64,000 bases of DNA from contig CBDCCI010000002.1 in NCBI GenBank assembly GCA_965214705.1, positions 2,496,001 through 2,560,000 of the forward strand, read 5' to 3'. Under the pieces are notes generated by a model. It searched no databases. It saw only the letters and a list, made by a program, of their open reading frames with translations, and had not been told where the DNA came from. The DNA comes from Alphaproteobacteria bacterium. GTDB taxonomy: Bacteria; Pseudomonadota; Alphaproteobacteria; UBA828. Positions 1 to 9,439 of this stretch are shown here, in pieces; the stretch's first letter is position 1; every line of letters begins with the position of its first letter. Made by a program: the position numbers and the translations under genes.

Positions 1-2
1 AA

Positions 3-473
3 ATGGAAGTGACCGGAGAGGACGGCACTGTCTCGACGCTTGACCAGCTGGGGGGTGGGCTCGGCATGCTGCGGTGCTTGCGCGGTGAAGACTTGACGCC
101 CTCACGATGGCCGCTCTCTTCGGCAGCGCGAGCCCTTCGCGAAGCCGTAGAGCGTGACCAAGCCGACGATCCGATGGTTAGAGCGTTGATGGCGCGAGCG
201 GGTCGCGAGTTCGGTCGCGTCGTTGTTCAGTTCGCCCGTCTGGTTGTGCCTGAGGTCATATTGCTTGCCGGCCCGTTGTCAGAAGCGCCCGGCTTCATCG
301 AAGCGGCTAGACAAGTCGTTGCCGGGGGGATAGCGCCGCGTCGTGCCGAGGTCATCACCGGTACCTTCGCGGGCCCCTCCTCCGAGGGGTCGGTGGGTTG
401 CGCGATGGCCATCCACGAATATCTGCTTGGAGGCGCCCTCAATTTGGACCGTCCGCGCCTCCGACCCGGATAA
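3..473 (+). CDS. ROK-family transcriptional regulator/sugar kinase, C-terminal part (probably 5'-truncated by the window)
   Basis: ROK-like C-terminus AGREFGRVVVQFARLVVPEVILLAGPL; the ORF runs to the window edge. Confidence 0.6.
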   Translation: MEVTGEDGTVSTLDQLGGGLGMLRCLRGEDLTPSRWPLSSAARALREAVERDQADDPMVRALMARAGREFGRVVVQFARLVVPEVILLAGPLSEAPGFIEAARQVVAGGIAPRRAEVITGTFAGPSSEGSVGCAMAIHEYLLGGALNLDRPRLRPG

Positions 474-494
474 CGACAGCGCTCTCATTAAAGA

Positions 495-527
495 CCCTCG
501 ACGCGGCCCGGGACTCCGGGACGAGGG
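495..527. terminator. Possible terminator hairpin between convergent genes
   Basis: Nested inverted repeats CCCTCG..CGAGGG and CCCGG-GACT-CCGGG; no clear U-tract. Confidence 0.3.
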
Positions 528-559
528 ATTCGGTGAGCCATTCCATCGCCTTCATCCCT

Positions 560-1672
560 CTACTTACGGGAGAGTAGGCGTAGCGGGTCCTGCGGCTCGC
601 CGTCGCGCCGGATCTCGAAATGGGCCTGCGGGCGAGAGACGCCGCCAGACCTGCCCGAGTGCGAGATCACCTGGCCGCGCCTCACCACGTCGCCCTTCCC
701 CACCAGGAGGGAGTCGTTGTGGGCGTAGGCCGTCATCCAGCCGCCGTCGTGCCGGATGAGCACGAGGTTTCCATACCCCCTCAGCTCGTTGCCGGCATAG
801 GCCACCACGCCGTTCTGCGAGGCGCGCACCTCGCTGCCGACAGGCACGGCGATGTTGATCCCGTCGTTATGCTTGCCGCCGGGCTTGGCGCCGAAGCCCG
901 AGATCACCCGGCCTTCGAGCGGCCAGAGGAAGGTGTTGCGCGTGGGCGGCAGCGGCACGTGGTCCGGCCCGGACTGCCGCGCCAGCGCGTACAGCGTGGG
1001 GCGGGGCGGCGTCGCTTCCGGCTCCGCTCGCGCCACGCGAGGGCCGGGGGAGTCCGGCGGCTCCGGTGCCGCAGGCCCCGCCCGGACCGACGGCGCGGAC
1101 TCCACGGGCTCCACATGGATGTTCGGAGCGGGCGCCGCAGTCACTGTACGCGCGGGTTCTTTGGGCTCCACGCGGGCTGACGCTGCGGGCTCGGCTTCGA
1201 ACGCGGCGACCGTTGTACCGTTCCGAGCGAGGGGCAGTGTCTCCCCCGTCGGCGCGCGATGCCGGGCGACGGCAAGGGCATTCTGTGGAAGCCGAAGCCG
1301 CTGCCCCGTTCGCAGCCAGTAGGGGTAGGTCAGGCCGTTCAGCTTGATGACCGCGACCGTCGCCACGCCGTAGCGGTGGGCGATTTCGCTGACCGTGTCG
1401 CCGGCGCCGACCGTCAGCAGCAGCGCCGGCTTCTCGCGCGGCGGCGGCTGGGGCTCTGCCACCTCGAAAGGCGGCGGCATCCTCTCTTCCGGTGCCGGAG
1501 CGGCACGCGGCTCCGCCGGAACCGGATCGACTTGGGCGGTCTCCTGTTTCATCAGCTTTTCAACGCTGGCCTGAAGTTCGCCGCAGGCGCTCACTCCCAC
1601 GAGCACAGCCACCATCAGTGGGGCGCCCACGACGGGCGCGATCAAGCCGGTCTCACGCAGGTGTCCCATCAT
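560..1672 (-). CDS. nlpD: LysM/M23 peptidase-domain lipoprotein (NlpD-like)
   Basis: Lipobox VSAC, LysM (GDTVSEIAHRYGV), Pro-rich linker, M23 motifs HNDGINI, YAHN, HFEIR; ATGA overlap with surE stop. Confidence 0.85.
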   Translation of the reverse strand: MMGHLRETGLIAPVVGAPLMVAVLVGVSACGELQASVEKLMKQETAQVDPVPAEPRAAPAPEERMPPPFEVAEPQPPPREKPALLLTVGAGDTVSEIAHRYGVATVAVIKLNGLTYPYWLRTGQRLRLPQNALAVARHRAPTGETLPLARNGTTVAAFEAEPAASARVEPKEPARTVTAAPAPNIHVEPVESAPSVRAGPAAPEPPDSPGPRVARAEPEATPPRPTLYALARQSGPDHVPLPPTRNTFLWPLEGRVISGFGAKPGGKHNDGINIAVPVGSEVRASQNGVVAYAGNELRGYGNLVLIRHDGGWMTAYAHNDSLLVGKGDVVRRGQVISHSGRSGGVSRPQAHFEIRRDGEPQDPLRLLSRK

Positions 1673-2424
1673 TCGATGACCTCCCGCAGCCATGTCAGGG
1701 TCCGCCGGTGGGTAAGGTCCATATGAAGCGGGGTGACCGAGACGTAGCCCTTGTCGAGAGCATTCATGTCGGTGCCGCGCTGCCCGCTGCCGGCGGCAGG
1801 CAACTGCGCACCGATCCAGTAGTAGGACCTGCCCCGGGGGTCGATCCGCTCCTCCAGGGTGTCGTCGAGCGCGTGCAAGCCCTGCCGCACCACCCTGATC
1901 CCGCGCACCTCGGCAGCCGGCAAGTCGGGGAAATTCACATTGATGAGGACACGCTTGGGCCATCCGCGCTCGATCAGCATGGGCAGGAGACGCCCAGCCC
2001 ATTGCTCTGCAGTCGCCCAATGGTGCTTGCGGTCATCCCCGTAGGCCTGGCTAAGCGCAACCGCGGGCGCGCCGAACAGTGTCGCCTCCATGGCTGCCGC
2101 GATGGTGCCGGAATAGGTCACGTCCTCGCCGACGTTGGGGCCGTCATTGACGCCGGAAAGCACCAGGTCGGGCCGGCCGTCGGCCATGATCTTGTTGAAG
2201 GCGAGGAAGACGCAGTCGGTGGGCGTGCCGTTGACCGCGTGGCGGCGCTTCGAGATGCGGCGGATGCGGAGCGGCCGGTGCAGGGTGAGTGAGTGCGACG
2301 CCGCGCTCTGCTGGGTCTCGGGCGCCACCACCCACACGTCGTCGGAGAGGCCGCGAGCGATCCGCTCCAGCACCTTGATGCCGGGCGCCTCGATGCCGTC
2401 GTCGTTGGTGACGAGGACGCGCAT
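1669..2424 (-). CDS. surE: 5'/3'-nucleotidase SurE
   Basis: VTNDDG, GTPTDCV, SGVNDGPNVG, YSGTIAAA motifs. Confidence 0.97.
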   Translation of the reverse strand: MRVLVTNDDGIEAPGIKVLERIARGLSDDVWVVAPETQQSAASHSLTLHRPLRIRRISKRRHAVNGTPTDCVFLAFNKIMADGRPDLVLSGVNDGPNVGEDVTYSGTIAAAMEATLFGAPAVALSQAYGDDRKHHWATAEQWAGRLLPMLIERGWPKRVLINVNFPDLPAAEVRGIRVVRQGLHALDDTLEERIDPRGRSYYWIGAQLPAAGSGQRGTDMNALDKGYVSVTPLHMDLTHRRTLTWLREVIE

Positions 2425-3698
2425 CAGCCGATCGCCTCCAGGCCGCCGAGATAGGAGCGGAGCGCGTCGGGCACCGCCACGCCGCCGCCCTCCTGCTGGT
2501 AGGCCTCCAGCACTGCGACCAAGGTGCGGCCGACCGCGAGCGCCGAGCCGTTGAGGGTGTGAACGAACTGCGTCTGCCTCTCGCCGGCCTTGCGGTAGCG
2601 CGCGTTCATCCGCCGCGCCTGAAAGTCCCAGCAGTTGGAGCAGCTGGAGATTTCGCGATAGCGCCCCTGCCCCGGCAGCCAGACCTCGATGTCATAGGTC
2701 TTGCGCGCCGCAAAACCCATGTCGCCCGCGCACAGCACCACCACCCGGTAGGCAAGGCCGAGGCGCCTCAGCACCTCCTCGGCGCAGGCGGTCATGCGCT
2801 CGTGCTCGGCCTCCGAATCCTCCGGCCGGGTCACGCTCACCAGCTCGACCTTGGAGAACTGGTGCTGGCGCAGCATCCCTCTGGTGTCCTTGCCGGCGGC
2901 ACCGGCCTCGGCCCGGAAGCACGGCGTGTAGGCGGTGAAGCGCAGCGGCAGCGAGTCCGCCTCCAGGATCTCGCCGGCCACGAAGTTGGTGAGCGGCATC
3001 TCGGCGGTGGGGATCAGCCAGAAGCCGTCGGTGGTATGGAACAGGTCTTCCTCGAACTTCGGCAGGTTGCCGGTGCCGAAGGCAGCGGCGTCGCGCACCA
3101 GCAGCGGCGGCGCGGTCTCGGTGTAGCCGAACTCGGTGGTGTGCATGTCCAGCATGAAGGCAGCCAACGCCCGCTCCAGCCGCGCCAAGGCACCCGAGAG
3201 CACGACGAAGCGGGAGCCCGAGAGCTTGGCCGCCCGCTCGAAGTCCATGAGGCCCAGCGCCTCGCCGATTTCGAAGTGTTGCCTCGCGCTGCCGTCCGCA
3301 TGCGCAGGCTCGCCCCAGCGCCTGATCTCGACGTTGGCGCCCTCGTCGTCGCCGTCGGGCACATCGTCTGCCGGCAGGTTGGGCAGGCCCGCGAGCAGCG
3401 CGTCGAGCTTGGCGCCGAGCGCCTTCTCCTCCCGCTCTAGCGCTTGGGCGGTTTCCTTCAGCACCGCCACTTCGGCGCGAAGAGCGCCCGCGTCCTCGTC
3501 GTCGCCGCGCGCGCGGGCGGCGCCGATCTCCTTCGACATCAAATTGCGCGTATGCTGCTGTCCTTGGAACTTCGCCTGGACTTCGCGTCGGCGTGCGTCG
3601 AGCTCGAGCACCTTGTCGGCATGCGGTTCCACGCCGCGCCGGGCGAGGCCCGCGTCGAACGCGGCGCCGTTCTCGCGAATCCACCGGGCGCTGAACAT
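2424..3698 (-). CDS. serS: Serine--tRNA ligase
   Basis: [50 protein letters not shown]. Confidence 0.98.
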   Translation of the reverse strand: MFSARWIRENGAAFDAGLARRGVEPHADKVLELDARRREVQAKFQGQQHTRNLMSKEIGAARARGDDEDAGALRAEVAVLKETAQALEREEKALGAKLDALLAGLPNLPADDVPDGDDEGANVEIRRWGEPAHADGSARQHFEIGEALGLMDFERAAKLSGSRFVVLSGALARLERALAAFMLDMHTTEFGYTETAPPLLVRDAAAFGTGNLPKFEEDLFHTTDGFWLIPTAEMPLTNFVAGEILEADSLPLRFTAYTPCFRAEAGAAGKDTRGMLRQHQFSKVELVSVTRPEDSEAEHERMTACAEEVLRRLGLAYRVVVLCAGDMGFAARKTYDIEVWLPGQGRYREISSCSNCWDFQARRMNARYRKAGERQTQFVHTLNGSALAVGRTLVAVLEAYQQEGGGVAVPDALRSYLGGLEAIG

Positions 3699-3919
3699 GA
3701 CGGCCGGGCTTGTAACCCTCGGGCATCCGTTGTCAATACATCAATGCGCAGAATGGCTTCGGGCTTTGAGCTATCACCCGGTGCGCAATTGTGCGGTTAT
3801 GCCCGTAAAACAAGGCAAATTGGGCGCATCGGCGTTCATGGCATCGGCGGGAAGTCTGCCCCGGACCCTGCCCACGAATTGCGCCTTGCGGCGTCGAATC
3901 CTGTACAATTCTTCGCATA

Positions 3920-4708
3920 ATGACCGCCGAGTCGCGGCCCGTGCCGGGCACCGCGCGAGCGGTAGAGGCGGCGGGGCCGGAAAGGAGTGAGCGGGTGGCC
4001 GAGAGGCAGGTGGAACGGACGCTCTCCATCGGCGACGCCGTGCGATTCAGCCATCGCGGACGGACAATTCACGGCCACCTCCTCCGCCGGCCGGGCCACA
4101 GGCGCCTCGCGACGGTGATCGACGGCGAAGACCAGACGTGGAAGGTGTCGGAGGCGGCGCTCTCGCCCTCCGGCCGCGCCCGCCGCGCGACGATGCTGAC
4201 ACCGCAAGACACGGCGCGCGCCCGCTGGCGGGTGGGCGACCGGGTGACCTTCGCCAGCGCCGACGGCGCGCTTCAGGGCAAGATCGTGAAGCTCAACCCG
4301 ACCCAGGCCAGGGTGCGGGTGAGCCGGACCCTGTGGAACGTGCCCTACGCCGGCCTGAGCGACGCGGGCACCGGCAAGGGCCGTTTGAGGAACGGGGCGG
4401 AACGGCTGACCCGCATCGCCGCGATGGCGCGGGATTTGATGGACGAGCACGGCCTCGACACGTGGACCTTCGCCTTCCTCGAAGCCGAGCGGCGCCTCGG
4501 CGACTGCAACTTCCAGGAGCGCGTGATCCGCATCGGCCGGGCTCACGCCCTCGACGCCAGCGAGGCCGAGATCAGGGATACGATCCTGCACGAGATCGCC
4601 CACGCGCTGGCCGGCCCCGAAGCCCGCCATGGCGCTCGGTGGAAGGCCATCGCCAAGCGCATCGGCGCCACCCCGAGAGCGAACGTCTACGAACGCCGCG
4701 GGCGGTAA
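3920..4708 (+). CDS. SprT-like zinc metalloprotease with two N-terminal SH3/KOW-like repeats
   Basis: RRLGDC..DTILHEIAHAL..HGARWK SprT motifs; N-terminal IGDAVRF and VGDRVTF beta-repeat units; start uncertain. Confidence 0.8.
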   Translation: MTAESRPVPGTARAVEAAGPERSERVAERQVERTLSIGDAVRFSHRGRTIHGHLLRRPGHRRLATVIDGEDQTWKVSEAALSPSGRARRATMLTPQDTARARWRVGDRVTFASADGALQGKIVKLNPTQARVRVSRTLWNVPYAGLSDAGTGKGRLRNGAERLTRIAAMARDLMDEHGLDTWTFAFLEAERRLGDCNFQERVIRIGRAHALDASEAEIRDTILHEIAHALAGPEARHGARWKAIAKRIGATPRANVYERRGR

Positions 4709-4727
4709 GGGCGGGACGGCACAGTGG

Positions 4728-5015
4728 CTACGCCGTGATCCGCACCTGCAATCCCAGCGCCCGCGCGATCCGCGTCACTGTCGCAAAGCTGGGGTTCCCG
4801 TCCTCGGACAGCGCCTTGTAGAGCCCCTCGCGGCTCATTCCCACGTCGCGAGCCAACTGGCTCATGTTGCCCGCCCGCGCGATGTCGTTCAGAGCGGCGC
4901 GGACCAGACTGCCGTCGCCCGGATCCTCATCGGCGCAGGCTTCCAGATAGAGGCGCGCATCCTCGCGGGTCCGCAGGTGCTCGGTAACGTCCCACTTCGT
5001 GAACGCTTCGGTCAT
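4728..5015 (-). CDS. Addiction-module antidote protein (HI1420/HigA-like HTH antitoxin)
   Basis: ALNDIARAGNMSQLARDVGMSREGLYKALSEDGNPSFATV; ATGA overlap with toxin stop. Confidence 0.92.
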   Translation of the reverse strand: MTEAFTKWDVTEHLRTREDARLYLEACADEDPGDGSLVRAALNDIARAGNMSQLARDVGMSREGLYKALSEDGNPSFATVTRIARALGLQVRITA

Positions 5016-5308
5016 CGATTCCTCCACTCCCTCGCCAGCCTGCCGGCGCGCCCGATGTCGCGATTCTGGCTGCCCTTGTCGCCCCCGCAGAGCAAGACCA
5101 CTGCCGAGCCCTCGCGCAGGAAATAGATGCGGTAACCGGGTCCGTGATGCACCCGCAACTCGAACAGGCCGTCGCCCACCGACCTCGCATCCCCGACGTT
5201 GCCCAGCGAGACGTTTCTCAAACGCGCGTTGATCCGTGCAACGGCGACCCGATCGCGCAATCCACGAATCCAACGCCTGAACGTGGCGCTCTCAACAACC
5301 TCGGGCAC
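5012..5308 (-). CDS. Addiction-module killer protein (HI1419/HigB, RelE-fold toxin)
   Basis: GNVGDARSVGDGLFELRVHHGPGYRIYF..LLCGGDKGSQNRDI. Confidence 0.92.
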   Translation of the reverse strand: MPEVVESATFRRWIRGLRDRVAVARINARLRNVSLGNVGDARSVGDGLFELRVHHGPGYRIYFLREGSAVVLLCGGDKGSQNRDIGRAGRLAREWRNR

Positions 5309-5314
5309 GGATTA

Positions 5315-5343
5315 AGTGTAAACTATGGTTCACATCTAATCAA
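5315..5343 (-). promoter_or_regulatory. Sigma70 promoter with overlapping palindromic operator for the TA operon
   Basis: Minus strand TTGATT-17 nt-TACACT, 6 nt before GTG; imperfect palindrome TGTAAAC-TATG-GTTCACA at 5317-5334. Confidence 0.7.
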
Positions 5344-5410
5344 GAGCGGCGGCGACAAGTGTGAAGCGAACGGGGCCGCTTGAACGGAGCGGCCCCTGGC
5401 AAACCGCCTA

Positions 5411-6517
5411 CTATTCCTTCGTGCCGACGAAGGAGCCGAGGAAGGCGCCCTCGCTCCCGCCGGCGCTGGTCGCTTCAGCGCCAAAGGTGCCGGCCACCAG
5501 GCGGGGATCGCCGGCGCTGTCGGCAACATTCGAGAACCGGCCGCCCCACGCACCCTCCGTGCTCGCGATTGAAATGTCCGGGTGCTCCAGGCGCATATCC
5601 TCGCCGAGGAACGTGCCATTCGGGTCGAGGACGGTGGAGTCGAGGCGCAGACGGTAACCCGAATCCTCAAACATGACTTCGGTGCTCTCACCGGTGTCTG
5701 CGTCGTACAGTTCCCCGAACAGCGCGACCCCATCGCGGCAGCCCACACATCCGGAAATGGTGTTGTCTGCAAAATCGGCCGCGAGCTCGACGGTCGAGTC
5801 GAAGATGCCGCCCTCCGTCGAACCCGGGACGACCCCCGTGTCGGTGCCATGGAGGACGCTGTAGGCGCCCGATGCCGGCCCGTAATATGACGCCGTTCCC
5901 CCGGCCGGCAGATTGGCCGGCGGTGCCATGAGCTCAGGCCCATCGACGAACGCTCCGATCTCCGCGCCGGTGAAGCTGAATTCGGCCACATCGACAGCGA
6001 TGTGCATCCAATGACCCACGGTCAGGTAGTCGGCCACATCGTCCTCGTTCGCAGTCACCGTTGCGACCGCGACCGACATGCCGTCGGTGGTGGGCTCAAA
6101 CAGGACCCAACTTCGAGCGCCGTGGCCGCCGATGGGCGAGTCGACGGTTTCGGAACCCTCGGACGAATCGCTCCCCGAGTTCAGCGTCAGCGCGCTGCCA
6201 TCTTCGCGCGATATCGTGACGGTCAGTTCAGTGCCGTCGAAGCTCGTGGAAACGCTGGAAGCGCCCGCTACGCCAACGCCTGCGGACTGAACAACGCCTC
6301 CGCCTCCAAATTGGGGCAGCGAAACTGCTGCCTCGCCGGTCACGTCCAGGATTTCGGTCGCGTTGGTCCCACGCAAATCGTCGAAAGTTTCTGTGGACTC
6401 GTCCGTTTCGCCGGTCGTTGGACGGTCTGAAGCGCCGTCCCCGTTATCGTGCACGCAAGCCGGAAGTGCCAGCAGACCAATTGTGGCCAGCATCGCTGCG
6501 CCTGTGGTTGCCTTCAT
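5411..6517 (-). CDS. Surface lipoprotein with TbpB/HupA-like C-terminal beta-barrel
   Basis: Signal and lipobox MKATTG..LLALPA-C; GTASYYGPASG..ELAADFADNTISG..WGGRF..VAGTFG pattern. Confidence 0.7.
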   Translation of the reverse strand: MKATTGAAMLATIGLLALPACVHDNGDGASDRPTTGETDESTETFDDLRGTNATEILDVTGEAAVSLPQFGGGGVVQSAGVGVAGASSVSTSFDGTELTVTISREDGSALTLNSGSDSSEGSETVDSPIGGHGARSWVLFEPTTDGMSVAVATVTANEDDVADYLTVGHWMHIAVDVAEFSFTGAEIGAFVDGPELMAPPANLPAGGTASYYGPASGAYSVLHGTDTGVVPGSTEGGIFDSTVELAADFADNTISGCVGCRDGVALFGELYDADTGESTEVMFEDSGYRLRLDSTVLDPNGTFLGEDMRLEHPDISIASTEGAWGGRFSNVADSAGDPRLVAGTFGAEATSAGGSEGAFLGSFVGTKE

Positions 6518-6564
6518 GGTTGTCCTCCGTGGTTGTCGCGCCTCCCACGACTGGCTCACGCTTG

Positions 6565-7350
6565 CTAGCGCGGGAAAGACGCTCCGTTGATGTCGATGAT
6601 GGTGCCGGTGGCATGCCGCGCTGCGCCCGAGGCGAGGAAGGTCACGATGTTTGCCACCTCCTCGGGCGGGATCAGCGTACCCAGAGCGTTCTCGCCGAGC
6701 GGGCCGCGATCGCCGGTCTCGTTGATGTAGTCCCACGACATGTCGGTGCCGACCCAGCCCGGCGCCACCGCGTAGGAGAGGATGCCGTCGCCGCCATGGG
6801 TTCGGGCGAATGTGTGGCTCAGCGCGTTGAGAGCGCCCTTGCTCGCCGCGTATGAGCCGAGCAGCGGCTTTTCGCCCCGATGCGCGGCCCGGCTCGAAAG
6901 GTGAACCAGGATGCCGCCCTCGCCGCGCTCGCGGAAGTGCGCGACGGCGCGGGTGGCAAGCTCGGCAGGCGCCAGGAGATTGAGCTGCAGCGTGCGCTGC
7001 CAGACCGCGCGCCACGCCTCGGGCCAGGCGTCGTCTTCGGCAAATGCAGGCTCGGCCTCGTAGACCGCCGCGTTGTTGACCAGCACGTCGATCCGGCCCT
7101 GCCAGGCGAGCGCCTGCTGCCAAAGCGTCTTGGGCGCCTCCTCATCCGTCAGATCGGCACCCACTAGGTGGCAGCGATCAGGCGCCGCTTCGGCCAGCGC
7201 CTCGGCCGCCTTCCGGTTCTGGTTGTAGTGGATGACGACGGACGCGCCGCCATCAAGCAGCGCGCGCACGCAGCACGCGCCGATGCCGCGCGATGCCCCG
7301 GTGATCAACACCACCTTGTCCTTCACGCTTGCCGCACGATCTTCCGCCAT
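6565..7350 (-). CDS. SDR oxidoreductase
   Basis: TGASRGIG, NNAA, YAASK. Confidence 0.93.
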   Translation of the reverse strand: MAEDRAASVKDKVVLITGASRGIGACCVRALLDGGASVVIHYNQNRKAAEALAEAAPDRCHLVGADLTDEEAPKTLWQQALAWQGRIDVLVNNAAVYEAEPAFAEDDAWPEAWRAVWQRTLQLNLLAPAELATRAVAHFRERGEGGILVHLSSRAAHRGEKPLLGSYAASKGALNALSHTFARTHGGDGILSYAVAPGWVGTDMSWDYINETGDRGPLGENALGTLIPPEEVANIVTFLASGAARHATGTIIDINGASFPR

Positions 7351-7492
7351 CGCCTTCTCCGCCGGTCATCGCAACGACTCGAGGATTTCGACCGTACAGA
7401 ATGGGCAATCTCGCCGGCACGTCACGCACATTTCGCAGCCGGCGCGGGCGTGCCATGCTGGTTTGCGGCCGCGGCCCCGGAGGCGGACGCCG

Positions 7493-8845
7493 ATGAAGAA
7501 GCGCATCCACCTCAACGCGTTCTCGATGAACTGCGTCTCCCACATCCAGCACGGCCTCTGGATGCGGGACGACACGCGCCAGCGCGAGTTCAACCGGATC
7601 GAACCCTGGATCGAGCTCGCCCGGCTGCTGGAGAGGGGCGGCTTTGACGCGCTCTTCCTCGCCGACGTGATTGGCACCTACGACCTCTATCGCGGCGGAC
7701 CGGAGACCGCGATCGTCGAAGCGGTGCAGATCCCGGCCAACGACCCGATGCCGCTGATCCCGGCGATGGCGATGGCGACCGAGCATCTCGGCTTCGCGTT
7801 CACCAGCTCCGTCCTGCAGGTGCCGCCCTTCACCTTCGCCCGCCAGATCTCGACGCTGGATCACATCACGCGGGGGCGGATCGCCTGGAACATCGTGACC
7901 TCGTACCTGCCCAACGCAGGCACCAATCTCGGCCTCGGCGGGCTGCCGCCCCATGACGAGCGCTACGCCCGCGCCGAGGAGTATCTGGAGGCCGCCTACA
8001 AGCTCTGGGAGGGAAGCTGGGAGGAGGACGCGGTGCTCTGCGACACCGCGCGCGGCCGCTATGCCGACCCAGCCAAAATCCACCCCATCGACCACGCGGG
8101 CGCATACTACGAGGTCGAGGGGCCGCACCTCTCGGAGCCTTCACCGCAGCGCACGCCGCTGCTCTTCCAGGCGGGCTCGTCGGAGCGCGGACGGGAGTTC
8201 GCCGCGACCCACGCCGAGTGCGTCTTCATGTTCGCCTCAATGCGGAGCCTCAAGGCATCCACCGGCGTGGTGCAGGACATCCGCGCCCGCGCCGCGCGCC
8301 GAGGGCGAAATCCCGAGGACATCCTGTTCTTCCAGGGCGTGACCCCGGTGGTGGGCGGAACGGAGGCGGAGGCAAAGACCAAGGCGGCGGACTACGCGGC
8401 GCAGTCGAGCGTCGACGGCGGCCTCGCGCACATGAGCGGCAGCGTCGGCGTGGATCTCGGCGCCATCGACCTCGACGCGCCGCTCGCGAGCCTCGAAACC
8501 GACGCCATGCAGGGCGTGGTTCGGGGGCTGATCGAATCGGCGCCGGACAAGTCGGTTACCTTCCGCGACCTCATCCGCTCCCGCGCCTCGGGCCAGTTCC
8601 TCGTCGGCACGCCGGAGCAGATCGCGGACACGTTCCAGGCCTGGCACGAGGCCGGCGTGGACGGCTTCAATATCGTCTACGCGGTGACGCCCGGCACCTT
8701 CGCGGACTTCATCGAGGGTGTGGTGCCGGAGCTTCGCCGGCGCGGGCTGGTGCAATCGGACTACGCGCCGGGCACGCTTCGCGAAAAGCTTTTCGGCGAG
8801 GCGCGACTCTCGTCGCGCCACCCCGCCGCCGCCTATCGAGGTTAG
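7493..8845 (+). CDS. LLM-class FMNH2-dependent monooxygenase (NtaA/DmoA/DszA family)
   Basis: FDALFLADV, GRIAWNIVTS, PQRTPLLFQAGSS, LVGTPEQIAD, GTLREKL. Confidence 0.92.
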   Translation: MKKRIHLNAFSMNCVSHIQHGLWMRDDTRQREFNRIEPWIELARLLERGGFDALFLADVIGTYDLYRGGPETAIVEAVQIPANDPMPLIPAMAMATEHLGFAFTSSVLQVPPFTFARQISTLDHITRGRIAWNIVTSYLPNAGTNLGLGGLPPHDERYARAEEYLEAAYKLWEGSWEEDAVLCDTARGRYADPAKIHPIDHAGAYYEVEGPHLSEPSPQRTPLLFQAGSSERGREFAATHAECVFMFASMRSLKASTGVVQDIRARAARRGRNPEDILFFQGVTPVVGGTEAEAKTKAADYAAQSSVDGGLAHMSGSVGVDLGAIDLDAPLASLETDAMQGVVRGLIESAPDKSVTFRDLIRSRASGQFLVGTPEQIADTFQAWHEAGVDGFNIVYAVTPGTFADFIEGVVPELRRRGLVQSDYAPGTLREKLFGEARLSSRHPAAAYRG

Positions 8846-8859
8846 AGAGGAATCGCACC

Positions 8860-9381
8860 ATGGACGCCGACCAACTCAGATCGCTGCAAGCGCCGCTCAA
8901 GGAGCGTTACCGAGAGGACGCCGATGCCGCCCTCATCGTGCTCAAGGCCGCGGGCGCGGTGGACGATTCGGAGATCGCGTGCTCTGTCGATACTGGCAAG
9001 GCGCTGGTCGAGGCCGGTCTGCACCCCTCGGGCGGCGGCACCGGGCTGCAGGCGTGCTCCGGCGACATGCTGCTCCAGGCCCTGGTCGCCTGCGCCGGCG
9101 TGACGCTGCGAGCGGTGGCGACGGCGCTCTCCATCGACATACGGGACGCGCAGGTGAGCGCCGAAGGCGATCTCGACGTGCGCGGCACCCTCGGAGTCGA
9201 CCGCGACGCGCCGGTGGGTTTTCGGGCGATCCGCCTGCACTTCACGCTGGAAAGCGATGCCGCGCCGGAGGACCTCGAGAAGCTCTACAAGCTGACCGAG
9301 CACTACTGCGTGGTCTACCAAACGCTGACGGGCGGAGCCCCGGTGACCATCAGCCGCTCGGACTGCGCAGACTCGAACTGA
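8860..9381 (+). CDS. OsmC family protein
   Basis: ACSGDMLLQALVACAGVT..TEHYCVV. Confidence 0.88.
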   Translation: MDADQLRSLQAPLKERYREDADAALIVLKAAGAVDDSEIACSVDTGKALVEAGLHPSGGGTGLQACSGDMLLQALVACAGVTLRAVATALSIDIRDAQVSAEGDLDVRGTLGVDRDAPVGFRAIRLHFTLESDAAPEDLEKLYKLTEHYCVVYQTLTGGAPVTISRSDCADSN

Positions 9382-9439
9382 GCCGGCCCGAGGCCCCGAC
9401 CGTGGCCAATGCGGGGCGGGCGGGTTAGAAGGCCCGGTC

